Part shown: positions 24,711 through 37,779 of the stretch, piece after piece
Layout: each line of letters opens with the position of its first letter
Numbering within the stretch: position 1 is the first letter of the stretch
Origin: Massalongia carnosa
Taxonomy: Eukaryota
Direction: 5' to 3'
DNA length: 64,000 bases
Assembly (NCBI GenBank): GCA_965645245.1
Contig: OZ287083.1
Span: 1,302,001-1,366,000 of the forward strand
Program-made: the position numbers and the translations under genes
The notes under the pieces: model-generated
What the model saw: only the letters and a program-made list of their open reading frames with translations
Told to the model about the DNA's origin: nothing
Databases searched by the model: none

Positions 24711-26262
24711 AGAAAGCTTAATGACTTAGACGAAGGAACCTTGGAAAGAGGCATGCAGTGCATTCACGCCTATGATCATGATCTTATAACCTGAGCACTA
24801 GGCCAAGCAGTAAGCATTCGCTCCTCGCTTTGGTGGATGCTATCACGGAACGACATTAGAAATGCAGCCTAAGTATAATAATGCGGCGGACAACTCGGGC
24901 AAGGCTTTTTCGTTCGGCGCACTCAATACCCCTGGAACTTAGCGAGCACAACCGCATCTGTCACCTGGTCGTGAAAGGGTCAGGGGCTCAGGCACTTGGC
25001 TTTTGGAAAGAATCTTGAGATTTGATATGAACATACTCCTTTGGACCATTCGTTCTGCGGAAAAGTATTCGCTTCCTGGAGAACCGGTGAAAAGAGGGCT
25101 TCATTTCTTTTCAACAGAAAACGCTATGTATCGGAACGCTGCTCCGCCTTCCTCTTAAATACCTCCAATATCCAAAGGAAGGGAGCTAAACTCTAGGCAG
25201 AAAGGGCGGTATACGAGATCGTATAGTTAGACCATTCTTTTTGTGAACTTTTCTTTTCAAACATTCCTGCCTTTTGTTCTCTTGGTCCTCACCCTTCACT
25301 CTCCTAAAAAATGAAAATGCGTGGAGTTGTGTTCTTCCATCCCCCACCTATGATAGGGTCTTCTTCTGAGCATGCATAACACTCTTGCTCCCAACCCTCC
25401 TCGAAACCAGACCTATAACAAATAGATAAAATCCTCCAGCTCCAATCAATTCCAGGTAGGTTGAAAAGCCTGAGTTACTCGATCAATCAAACAAATCCAA
25501 ATCCCTCTTTTCACACCTCATTCATAATCCCCTTCTCTTCCCCTAACCTTCCCTATATTGGTTTCCATCCATCCCCCTACCTCCCTAACCTGCCCATCTC
25601 TCCTTCAGTCCTTTGGGTACTTCCTTATTCTTGCAACGAATGGGTAAGTAGGCAAGTAGATAGAAGGAGAACAGTATAAATAGAGAGAGAGGTGGGGAGG
25701 TATGAGATTAAGAGACTGGTTTCCCATTGGGAAGTTAGCTATCCCCTTCCCAGTTACCCTTCTTATCCCGTTTCATTCACCCACCCATCTCGTCAACCCA
25801 TGCCTCTTCACTCTACAGCAATACAATTTCCTCCCCGTTAATGAATGGTAAAGTGATAAAGGATAGTTCTTTCCTCATCAATCAACCAACCCCGCTCTTC
25901 ACAACTATGTTCGTAGCTGCATTGATGAATGGAGCGGATTGGTTCTGACAGAAAGAGGGGACAGGACCTATAGCTTAGAGTAGATAGAAGAAATGAGGGA
26001 TCATTGATCTTGAAGAAACTAGAGTCAGATCCACGGATGTGAAGAACCTTTAATGCTTGTAGAATAAACTAACGTAATCTTCGAATACTTGTGATTGTCC
26101 GAAGAACTCAATGAGAAGGACGGAAGGAGCAAGATCCTCTTATTAGAAGGATACGAAACCCCTGAGCGTCCATCATATCATGTACATATCTGAGAGTCAC
26201 CATATTTTCATTTTCTAGGATAGCTATATCCAAATGTACAAGTGAATCATCATCCGGACGCC

Positions 26263-28547
26263 TCAAGCGGCAAATTCGAGTATGGTCTGCTCAACCAGAT
26301 CTGGTCCAATGCAGGCCGCCAGTTCAGCCGCAATACCTTTAATCGTCGATGTGTCCGACATGTCACTTTCTTCCCATAAGGTGAGGTCCTATCGATGTTA
26401 CCGGTTAGAGGAGCTCTTCAAAGTGTCATCAACTACCTCAGACTCATCAAGAAATCCCATTAATATTATCCTTCAAAGCTTACCTGCAACGCTATAATAA
26501 TTTCCCCGAGTTTCAATCCCCATGTATCCAAATCAACTTCTTCTTGAACTTGCTTCAGAGTCATCACTCCCGGCGTGCCGGCTTCGAATACTGAATCAAA
26601 GGACTCATCCAGCTCGGGGCTCTCCTCACTCTCCCCCGATGCTCCCACGTACTCGGCTAGCCTTGTAAAAGCGGTGCAACCAAAATCCAGCTCCTTGCTG
26701 AAATCGAAGCTGGTAGCAATATCGGACTGAAAAAATGTATTGGAGATTGCGGGAAGGTTGAACTGGCGTTCGCGCGACATAGAGACATATTTTCGAGCGG
26801 ACATACGATGGAACATGTCAGAGTCGAGAAGGTCCCAGGTATAAGTTTCGGGGTCTAGCCACCGGAAAGAACATTAGATGAGGAATATAGTTAATAGGAT
26901 ACTTATTACATGCGAACCTAGGATATACGTAGGTTTAAAGGCTGCCTTGTACCGCATTTTCATACAGGAGTGGATATAAAACCCTAGATCGCCTAATCTC
27001 AGCATTTCGATTCCACGTGCATGAAATACACACTCACCCATGTAATAGTAGTCATAGCCACCTCTCAACGCAAGTTCAATCTCCCTTAAGGCGCTCATCT
27101 TGCCAAGGTTCCACTCGACAAAGTCCTGATGATACCTAGGATTCCACTTCGATAAGCATCCTCGCCAGGCTCAGACCAGCGATGCAGCAAGCTTACATAA
27201 GATAGACTGAACTCACGCCATTGGGTAAGAAGTCCAACACAGCCAAAGCTATAAGACGGCCATCCAACCGGTAGCACTGGTGATAAGACCCAAGTCTCTG
27301 GACCTCGCCGTTTACACGTCTGAAAATTTGGCTCATCCCAGAGCAGAGAAATCTGTCAAACCCATTTTTAGAGTACTCGGTTTTATCCTCGCGATGTGTG
27401 TTCTTTTGATAATTCGCGAAAAGGGCATATCTGCATGAAGTTTAACTCATACGCCCAGCACAGTCTAGGGCATACTTACTTCTCTTTCGTGGAGTCATCC
27501 GGCTCCAACGCCACCTCAAACTTGTGAGCAGGCTCGATACATGTCTGGGTCCGGGGATCGAGAGGTCGTTTCACATAACTGTATTCAGAAGCGTGGATCG
27601 ATTCACTCAAGTCAAAGTGGGTTTTTCGGCGTTTCTTATTCCTGATTGCATGTCAGGCACACCCATTACGAGAATTACCGAACCCTGCTCGGAGAGTTGG
27701 GTTGCTCAGTCCAAAGGAAACACCTACTCCCGCGTTTGTGGGCAGAGTCTCGCAGCCTTATGCATGTACTCCGTGCCTAGCACATATCTGTTCCATCGAG
27801 ACACTGCTTTTCTCTGTTCCTTGGTTGGCTGAAAAGCCGTTGCATCTAATCTTATAGTCGTCCATCAGTGTGAAGAACCGTAAACAACGGTGAATGTGTT
27901 GAAAGGTACCGAATGGTGTAATGCGGACAGCAAGAATGACGAGAGTCCGGCTTGTACAGATAATTTCCCGATCTGAACGGCAGAGCATCCACGTGAGTCG
28001 AAACGCTCGTCTAAAACGTGCAAAAGACAGAATTCCCTACCTCCGCCAACCTCGGTCCACTAAGCTTTGATAATGCGATGGCTGCAGTGATGACGAAATA
28101 GCGCCAACAGAAGCACCTAGAACGGGGATAACGTCAAATCAATCATACGGACCCATGGCCTGTATCGACTGCGGGAAGCGATAGGAAACAGAAAGGAACA
28201 AAAGATCTGAGGGGCTGAGAGATACTGGAAGCCTGACGTGTGATTTTTGGTTTTGAATTACAGTAGCCACATGAAGAGTACTGATAGCCTAACGCCGTGG
28301 GTCTGTTAGCGCTCCTCAAATTGAAGGTAGTTTCGCATTCCCGACTTCGTGTTCCATCCAGGTAGGGTGATGTACGTGATGTATCTGTTGGTATCCAGAT
28401 GCGTGGAAGATTTCTCACCACCCAAAGTCCCACGGGGTTGAGGGGTAGCGGGGACTGGTCGCAGCGCTGAAAGTAAGCTTAGATTATCTTACCTGAGGGA
28501 GTGAGTAACGAAAGCTGCCCGTCTGCAGCGGGGGATAGATCCTGCAT
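26263..28547 (-). CDS. ATE1: Arginyl-tRNA--protein transferase (multi-exon)
   Basis: G|YQYSSCGYC, YQSLVDRGWRR|SGNYLYKPD..SCCPHYTIR, LGSYHQCYRLDG.LIA, LSALREI..YYYMG|FYIHSCMKMRYK..FKP.YIL|DPETYTW; first exon 28547-28493 inferred. Confidence 0.92.
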
Positions 28548-30195
28548 CCCCAACCGGTAGTTACTAATGCTAGAAGAAGAGAAGTAGAAAGTAAAAGGTG
28601 CTCGTCGAGTCGAGCGTGGAGACTGGGGAGATGTGAGGGGACTCAAGAGAGGTATGTATTTATGTAGGAAGGGAGGCCAAACTGAGATTGATATCCCTAA
28701 TAAGGAATCGGTGCCTGTGTGCCCTAAGTCGCTAAGATACCCAGGTAGGCCATCTATCGCGCGTGGGTATCGACGGTAGAGGGCAAGTACGGAGTACAGT
28801 GGTTATTGTATGTCACGTACGGTGATACATAGTTACACCATTGGAATGCCCATAGATGGACATCTCTGTCTCAGCCTTGTTTGGTACATGCTTGAATGAT
28901 TTGCTTTTGTAGCGGTATGTGACTGGTTTAGGGAAAGATAACCATGAAAATTGAAGGCAGAAATATTCGGTCTTCGCTTTCCGTGCATCTTCAGTGTCCC
29001 AGCGGATGCAGGGAAATGCCGGTAGGGATGCTCTACATTGCATCTGCTGCACTTAGCTGCACTACTCACGTCTGCGCGGTACAGACCGTCCATTTCCTTT
29101 ACCCTGACTCTTCACTTACCCAGTTCCTTTGCTCCTGATCTTATCCCCCGAACGCCAAGGCTCGGTATCCCCATCTTGGGTAAAGCCCTGAGGGAGCCAG
29201 AACACGCACGAGGGCATGATAGGGGCTAACAGGAGCAATTGTGTTGCCTTGCATCGCGGCGAAGGCCAGCTGTGAGCCATACGTTGTGAGAGATTGCGCC
29301 AGATCCTGCTGATATTGGTTCTCCTTCCATCTGTTCATGTTGCTTTGAAGGGCAGATCCCTCCTGGAAAAAATTCTTTTCAAAGTCTATGCGCGGTCGAT
29401 CGAGTCGATCCACCCATTCTAGTTGAATTCCTCATGATTGAGGATGACCATCATATTTTGAGAGTCTGCAACACTGGTAGACGGAGAAAAGGGGGAGGCT
29501 ATATGGAAAGATGACGATGATCATCCGAAAAAATACACAAGCATGAAAAATACATAGAACGATATCTTTAGCGTTGTGGTATTCTATCTTACATGATCAT
29601 ATGCAAGCCGGACGGTTTCACAACTTTCATGAGACGCACAAAGATTAAAACTTGCACGAGCCGAATGGTATTCTATTTTAAAAACTCCTGAATTAAATAA
29701 ATTTCCACGCGGATTTCAGTGCCTAGCCAAAACCCACACCCCCCGTCCCACATGTCCACGGAAAAGAAAACCAATTCAATTCCAAACTTAATACTCAAAT
29801 CAAATTCTTGCTCCTCCACACCTAAAAACCCCCCCGACCCTACCCACTAAGAGAGTAGCTACTTTCCCTCTCCCCATTCAAATCAAAACCCTCAAAATGT
29901 TCATATCTCCTTCCACAAGGACTACCCTCTTTCCCCAGGATCGTCCTCCCCGGGGCTGAAGGATCGCCACTCAGGAAACTTCTGAACCCCCTGATCGTTG
30001 GTTACCTTCTTGTTGAAACTATTCCCATTCGCGCTGTCAAAGAGATCATCCTCCCATATTGCAAGTCTACCGGTTTCCGTTAAGAAGCTGCTCGCTGTGA
30101 AAAGCCCGTAGCTTTCTGAGCATTTCATTTCCCCCAACGTTGAACGCTACTTCGTATAACCTCTCTTTCCGGAGGATTTATCAAACTGCTAAACG

Positions 30196-30771
30196 ATGGC
30201 GCAAAAACTTGCTACGGCGTCTCGCACAGGGCGAGATAAACAACGTAAGCGGTTTGCTGGTTGAATACCCTTTTTCGGCACTTGAAGATCATTCACCGCC
30301 ATCAAATGGGCTTTGAAATTTTCGCTAACTTCTCCGCCTTTAGGCTATAGCGACCACGGTGAACGACTCGTTGCAGGTGTCGTTCCTCTTTCCACCGACA
30401 AGACTAAAGTTCTCGTGATTCAATCCTCTCGCCGGAGTGCCTGGGTTCTGCCAAAAGGTGGCTGGGAAACCGACGAAGGAACTGCCCAAGAGGCGGCTTG
30501 TCGAGAAGCTTGGGAAGAAGCTGGTATCGTGTGTACTGTGCAGCGTGACTTGGGCAAAATCCCTGAGATGCGACCGGCCGCTCAGCTCTCCGCCAGCGCA
30601 CCTAAAGCGCTCTATCAATTCTATCAAGTCACCGTGGATCGCGAAGCGGCACAATGGCCCGAGCAGCATAAACGAGGAAGGCAGTGGATGACATATCAGC
30701 AGGCCAAGCATGCTTTGGCTGCTAGACCGGAGTTGATGGAGGCTCTCAACCGAAGCTCCATCGTCCGGTGA
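30196..30771 (+). CDS. DDP1: Diphosphoinositol-polyphosphate / Ap6A Nudix hydrolase (Ddp1/Aps1); intron 30245-30343
   Basis: SRTGRDKQR|Y..GERLVAGVVPL, WVLPKGGWETDE..AACREAWEEAG Nudix box, WPEQHKR. Confidence 0.92.
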
Positions 30772-31540
30772 CCTCGATGTAACCTAGCGTTGGGCTTTCT
30801 GAAGGATGAAAATACGATTATGCTCGCTTGTTAAGGCTCCGAATATCCGAGCGTTGTCATCATTCATCAAGTTTGGGATGCTGGGTTGGAAGGAATATAG
30901 TTAAGCATTAGGGGCCACTCGCGAGTGTTTGTGAGCTAAATCAGGCATCAGCTTCTCCGAGTTTTGAGTACTAAGGGGATTCACCTCTACTCCTCTTTGT
31001 TGCAAAGACGTACATATTGCTCTTTAGATTTGCATCTGCAATTCGCAAACCATAGTTACAAAATTTTCCTTCATTCGTTTATCTTAGCTATAAGCACAAG
31101 CTCTGAATCGCATCCTTTGATGAGCTGCTGACGTTGGGCATCTAGGAAATACTGGCGCCTTTTATTTTTCTATCGTACTTATTGCGCGTGAATACTCCTT
31201 CATCTTGCCATCCTATTGTCGCCTCTATTAAAATGTCGTTGTGCCTGCACAAGCTCATTGGGGCTTAGAATCTAATTGCCATAATGCCTTTGCGGGAAGG
31301 AATAATTTCATCTGTTCATGACCTGGTTGCAAAGACTGAGAATACGCATTTTATCGCCCCTCTGCCACCCTTGCCGTGGATTTTACGGATGCTTGCCACT
31401 AGTAGATGTGTCTTATCGTTTGCCTGCTTTTCATCTGATTGATATAGACATATAGAGCATGTCTGAATTAATGATAACATGTGACTGTTGGCTGACTAAG
31501 GGCCCACCAGATGATAAGGATCTCTTGCTGGTGCACTAGG

Positions 31541-31695
31541 AAGGCACGCCCCTCTACTCCGCCGCTCTACTCCTGCACTAACGACTATTGTAGCTGTATG
31601 CTCCCTCGATGCTCTCCCATGCTCCCCTCTGCTCTCCTGCTGTTCCCCTGTGCTCGCTCTCTGCTCCCTTATCCTTCCTCTGCTTCTCTGCTGCC
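31541..31695. repeat. TGCTCCC-rich degenerate repeat, left copy
   Basis: AAGGCAC..CTCTACTCCG followed by ATGCTCCCCTCTGCTCTCCTGCTGTTCCCCTGTGCTC. Confidence 0.65.
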
Positions 31696-31835
31696 ATCAC
31701 ATGTTACAAGGGACCAAGTTAGACGAAATGGATATTGGTGATCTACCCAAAGGTATCGACGCAATGCATATCGTATCCTTCCCATAGATGGACTACCTAG
31801 ATTTAATAGGGTTCTTGTTCTTCGCAACTCTTAAA

Positions 31836-33111
31836 TCAATACTCCAGTTCCAGTTGTGGCATTTCCACGATCTCCTCTTCCTCCCCGGCCGACTCTATCT
31901 GAGGTGACGAGAGATACGGTACATAGACCTTTGACCATACCTCTCCAGTGAAATTACTGATCTCCTTGTCTCGCTGCTCGGCGGCCTTGGTGAGTGTCAC
32001 GGTCGGAGAGCATTTCATGGCAGATTCCAGAATAGTGACGATGAAATTGAAGATAGTTTTGCCGCCTTCTGGATTCATGACATTGTAGGGCACAGATGAT
32101 TCAACTTCCCCGTCGGCATTGATAGCCATAAAGCAGTATCGGTATCCGTCCGTATAAAATCCTTGCGTAACCGCATTTGTCTTCCCAGCTCTTATACGTA
32201 ACTCTCGCAGTATCGCGAGATACGTAAGAAGTTGTCGTTCAGCAGTTGAAAAGAGATCACGCCGCTTTGCCTCCATTGCCACGAGGAATGTACCGTGGGA
32301 AGCACCGTTCCGGCCGCTATAACCAAAGCCCCAATCTGCACGTCCAGTAACACGGACTTTCTCATTCGTATTTGGGTCCATAACTTCGACAGCCAAGTCT
32401 ACTTCTGGATAAACCCTGACCATTTCTCGAACTTCAAAATCTTGTGGGGTGCCTGGGCGAGACACAACCTTTCGTTTCTTTGGCGAAAAATGAGTAGAAT
32501 GAAGTTCCATGATATGTAATTTGCAGGCTATTAGCATCATGTCAACAGCAATACGGCTTGTGGCTTCGGTAGCTTCATCATATAACACTCTTGTCAAGTC
32601 GCTAAGGTTATCCTCTAAGCATTGGAAGAGGGCAGTACGTTAGTCTACGGACAGATACTGCAAATTGAATGTGACTGATACTCAGCCTCTGCGGCATTTC
32701 ATACTGCTCGCTTTGCAATTTCCATGGCTTCAATCCCATCCGGCTCAAGTCGAAACAAATATTAAAAAGTGCCGCGAGACTCTCCGTTGTTGCATCGGTG
32801 GCAGCTAGCTGTGAGCTAGTCAGTTCTCGCAACATGAAAAAGGCGCTAAAGTGATGGAATACAGTCTTTCCCTTTTTGAAGTTAAAAATTGCACCAAGCA
32901 TGACTTGCAATTTGGCGAGCGGATCCTGATGTCGAGCGATTTGGGAGACTTTCAACAACCCACCTTGTGGGGACAGTAGCCTTAGCCGAAATGGACTTGG
33001 ACATCTCGAACAAAGATCAGTGTTGTGGTCTGCTAGTTGAAAACCATGAAGAGAAGACGAAAGTATGATGTAATGTGACTGTACTAGAGTAGAGGATATG
33101 AGGATGAACAT
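31836..33111 (-). CDS. PD-(D/E)xK restriction-endonuclease-fold hypothetical protein; probable introns 32809-32862 and 32615-32681; start uncertain
   Basis: TEATSRIAVD, YPEVDL, GRADWGFG, VAMEAKR, QLLTY, GFYTDGYRYCF in the order of HsdR-N/RecB-like nuclease motifs. Confidence 0.7.
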
Positions 33112-33242
33112 GAATGATAAAGAAGCGAAGTTGGAGAAATTACGTCACGGCATGCTTACATAATACGTTTCTACAATCATTTTTTCTTTATGGTATAAAG
33201 TGGATTTTAGTTGATACAATGTGGGCAGCTTTAGCCGAGCCT

Positions 33243-33340
33243 AAGGCACAAGCTCTCTACTCCGTACATGCTCCCTTGTTGCTCCTTTGCTGCTCCCCCG
33301 TGCTCCCCAATTGGTCCCTCTAAAGCGGCCCCTGCTCCCT
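33243..33340. repeat. TGCTCCC-rich degenerate repeat, right copy (same orientation as the copy at 31541)
   Basis: AAGGCAC..CTCTACTCCG followed by ATGCTCCCTTGTTGCTCCTTTGCTGCTCCCCCGTGCTC. Confidence 0.65.
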
Positions 33341-34906
33341 TTCTCGAACAAAAGCGGTAATCCCATTCCTAAGTTCGGGGTTTATATACACAGTTATCAC
33401 TGGCAAGGTACATGTTATACAGATTTTTAGCATGTTGTACTTCATTATCAAACTTATGTTGAGAAATCCGCCTTGAATAAATGGCGTAATCCGTCTAACA
33501 AGAAACTCGACTAACTGCTTGCTTTCTCGTTGAGACGTCGGAAATCCTCAAAAGCGGTTTCGTTTCTGATATTGCTACCTTCGAAAACGTTATGATTCAG
33601 ACCGAGAGCCAGGAAGCTTATGCACGAATCAAGTCTAACTAGTATATCTCTAACTCCTTTTCTATAATTTTGCTGAAGAGAATATGCAAATTTTTGTGTT
33701 CGTCCGGCATCTTAAATTAGCAGAGAACTGATATGTACAAATATTGAGGTTGCATGCTTTGAAGCTCTCGGATCACCGGATGCTGATTTGGAGAGTCTGC
33801 AAGGTGATTCGTAGGCTTCTAGCCATGTATTCTTGGATTTCCGAAATGCAACGGTCGTTTTCTTATATATCATACGCACCCCTTATCTTTCAGATTGTAC
33901 CTGTTTGTGCCCGTTCCTAAGCTATCGAATTGCCACCTCGGAGTTTGTTAGATCGTCATAAGATTTGGGGCATGATGCAGCTGGGAGCGTGCACCTAAAT
34001 AGAGCGAAAGCATATCCAGAGGGTCACTTTTCCAAGTTTCGACCTGAAGCTTATATTTGCCGATGATAGCATGTTATCATGCAAGGGGGAATAAGTAGGT
34101 ATTCATCTTGAGCCTTGAAACGCTAAAAATAGCAAGCAAATGATACCGTCACGTTCACTGAGCCATTCAGTTCGAACGCTTGTCATATTTGTTTGGTGTT
34201 TGTCTAATATTTAAACTTTGCCTGAAAAGGATTTTTACTCCAAGATGCGTAAGCTTGTCGCTGCAAATTACGGAGTAACGTCGTTCGGAGAGTACAGAGT
34301 ACTTGAGCAAGCCCCTGTGTGACCGCCAGCCCCTTTTTTAGATCTCCTCTCCCAGGGCTGAATCAGAGATGACGCTAACGGAGCTAGTTAACGGAACCGT
34401 CATGCCGAGAGGGGCGATCGTCAAGCGGGGTACTCTGTACCTAGGTAGATAAAAGGATCAAAAATCTATTCGCGATGATCTAACGGTGGGAATGCGGGTT
34501 GGCTTAATCTCCGATCAGTTACATACAGAGTACAGAATACCGCAGTGGAGAATATGTGTAATATTGTTCATATAGTGCTAGTAATACGGCCATGGCCATG
34601 GCCATGTATCAGGTCCCTCACACAGGGATGGAAACAAGTTCATATTGTTGGATTGGCCTTGATGCGGCTCCAGGAACAAGCACATTACATCAGTGGTCAC
34701 TAGAAAACTCGACAAGTGATCGGTTCATACCCAGCAACTACGGCGGAGCTTATGTTAATAGACCTCCAGCTCGCTGGCTTCCTGAACCCGACCATCCCTT
34801 GACGGACTAGGCTTTTTATAGTAGAGCAGTGTAGTAGCAAGTAAATGCTCCAATCTACAGCCATTCGCATCATCACCAGCGAGCAGAGAGCTTTCCTGGT
34901 CCCAAC

Positions 34907-35786
34907 ATGACTGGATCCCGCAATGGAGCCAACTGTGAGTTATACCGCTCAGTTTTCTTGCACTAAGCTCATGTCGGTAGTGCGTCGTCATGATCAGGAG
35001 AGTCGTCCAACCTGGGCGATTACATCTTATCTGGCCGACCGAGATGACTCGAGACTTCCGCAACATATAGCATCGCAGTCGAGATTGCCAGTATCCGCCG
35101 GTGATCAGGCTCACGACTATGATGGCTTGCACAGAATCGATACCACAACGTCGCTGCTCCTATCCGGCTGCGATCACACCCTTGGGAGCGTCACGCCTTC
35201 GCAAGATCTTCCAGCCATCACTAGAGAATCAAGTGTAGCCACCTCAACGTCGATCAGCTCGTCTTTCGGGATCAGACAATTGAGTGATCAAAGGCTCCTC
35301 GATCAAGATAATGGCGGGGCGTTAATCCTCCCCCACTGGCACACCCCTCAAATCCTGGAGTGCCCCTTCAACCATTTGTTTTGCTACGAAACCTTTTCTA
35401 GCATGGAAGATTGGATTACACACAGCCTGACCCACTTCGGCACAGTCGGTCCCTCGACGTCAAACAAATGCTGCTTCTGTGAGGCAGTCTTCAACTTTCC
35501 GACCGGGCTGCACAGCTGGGTCGAACGGATGAATCATGTCGCACATCATCATAAAATCGGCCATAAACTCGCACACGCCCAACCCGATTTCGAACTCTTC
35601 ACCTACCTCTGGAACCATCGCCTGATCAAAAATCACGTGTATAGAGACTTAAAAGGGAACAACGAAGATCGATCACGAGCTGTCGCAGCGTACCCATCAC
35701 CACCGGTCTCCCCAAACGAGCGCAGCGTCGCATATACAGAGACGGCCAGGAATACTCGCAGGGAACGCGAGCGACAAAGCAGGTAA
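34907..35786 (+). CDS. Fungal hypothetical protein with Cys/His zinc-finger-like motifs; exons 34907-34934, 34981-35786 (alternative unspliced ATG 34923)
   Basis: LECPFNHLFCYETF..WITHSLTHF, CCFCEAVF..WVERMNHVAHHH, PDFELFTYLW; CAACATG start and a GTGAGT..TAG intron in phase. Confidence 0.72.
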
Positions 35787-37172
35787 AGGATATTTAAATT
35801 GGAAATAACCGAATTCCAAGCATCAAGGAATGATTCTTGCCCACACAATAAAAAAGCTTTCCTCAGACTTGCAACTTACTTGTTCAAAGGCGAGACGTGA
35901 TAAAGAACAAAAGAAGAAATGTGCCGAGTATTAAGAAATACTTAGAGCTGAAAGTGCCGACGCGTCGCCATAGGGGGCTGTGCTCGTAGAGGGAGCGCCG
36001 GCGTTTCCGAGTTTTGCCCCTGGGATTTGCCACCCGACATATAAGTTTTTAAGCCACTTTTTCCTTGGTATCGTATATGCTTTTGATTGGGAGAACGATG
36101 GATTTCATAGATATAGGTTCTGGATACGATTTTTTTTTGGAACCTCGGTCTCTTATTCTCATCTTACATCTTCTTTTGCAGAATTAGGTTCCTGCGCAGC
36201 ATCTTCTCCTCTCGGACTTCCATCGCTTTATACATTTCCTGGACATAAGAGAAATCACAATCGGTTCCAAGACACGGCTCCATCACGCTAAAGCCCTGCT
36301 TGCACGGGTGGTGCCAGCGCCGGGAGCGCGAGCCTTATCCGATCGCTCTGTTTTCTGCCGCATTTATTGTTTTTCCTCTCCCTCATCTCTTCGCTCAAAT
36401 GTCTTTAATACACCTACATGTATTTAACACAGTCGGCTCAAAGGGTTCATTTTCCATCTTAGCAAATTTCAATTCCACACATTCCTGGACGTAACCTATA
36501 TATTCCAGCGCGCCTCGCAAGATCCAACCAACCAGGCGAACTTCATCCGTTCCTCCCTCCGGCTCAGCTTCGCGACTTACACAACGTTCGCTAATTGGTT
36601 GCCATCGCACAGCTTCGTGGCCGCCTCATGCTCTCGGCCTCTGCTTTCTCTTCTCTTCTTCTTCATCCCCAACCATTTCCCCTTCGGTATCCTAGGCCTT
36701 CCACTCGTCCTGTTCCGTCCCGTCCCGTCCCCTATAAAGATGTTGCTCTACCCATGCATCCAAGTTCCAGGGTGGTGGTAATGGACGGCGATTCGCAGGT
36801 TTGAGAGACTGCATATCTGTTTGCTTGCTTATGTACCTACTTACCTCCCTATCTGCCTACCCATCCCCCTCCCTCCTCACTTTCTTATTTGCTTGCATGC
36901 CTACTTACATATCTATTTGCTTGCCTATTCAATTACTTACTTACTTGTTTATCTGCCTGCTTTGTGTGGATCTTTGCGCGTTGATAATGATGGCAGCTTT
37001 GGGCTGGGGCTAGAGGGAGAGGAAGTTAAGGAGAAGAGAGCAGATGTTTTTGGCTTACTTAGATGGGGTTGAATTGAATCGGGTTGGGTTGGTTTATTCA
37101 TTGATAGATAGATAGATACATAGGTATTCGAGTTTAGCTTCAGGCACATGCGAGTAGATGAGATGAGATGGT

Positions 37173-37204
37173 TTTTCTTCTTCTTCTTCTTCTTCTTCTT
37201 CTTC
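37173..37204. repeat. (TTC)n microsatellite within a simple-repeat-rich intergenic island
   Basis: Seen directly; nearby (ATATC)n at about 37455 and (TTTGAC)n at about 37681. Confidence 0.9.
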
Positions 37205-37779
37205 AACTTCAGTTTCGATTTGATATTTTGTTAGCATGGAGTGTGGGTGGTAGTGATAGGTAAATGAATGAACGAATTAGTTGGTTGATTGGTTGATTGA
37301 TTAGGCTGGGCTGATACAAGGTGAGGTAGAGGGAAAGTAAAGAAGGAAGGATCAGGAATCGGGGTTTTTTTGTTAGGTCTCTCTTACTAACTTCATCCAC
37401 ACAACTCGATTCAGTTCAAGGATCTAAAAACGTCTCGTCTTGTCCCGTCACGGCATATCATATCATATCATATCATGTCATAGACTACATACCTATTCAC
37501 CTATCTACTTATCCACCTACTTGCTTAGCTAGACGGCTACTTCCAGAACGACCCCCTTCTCCTCCTCTTTCCCCGGTTTCCTTCTTCCTCCCCGCCGTAT
37601 ATCCCGTAGCTCTAGCTATGGCCTTTTCCTTTTAGTGTCGTATTTTTTGGACACTTTTTTTGTACTTGGCATTATTGATATTGACTTTGACTTTGACTTT
37701 GAAATTGACTTTGTTCTGGGGCTTTTACTTAGTCTAGTTTTGAGATTTGCGTTCTTTTTTTGACTGGCCGACCGGCTAT

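Noticed and set aside
28833..29413. Short minus-strand ORFs between ATE1 and DDP1
   Set aside because: No recognisable motif or convincing splice model; a decayed or orphan gene cannot be excluded without a search.
21162..30771. Secondary-metabolite cluster around the LaeA-like methyltransferase
   Set aside because: No PKS, NRPS, terpene synthase or tailoring genes; neighbours are housekeeping genes.
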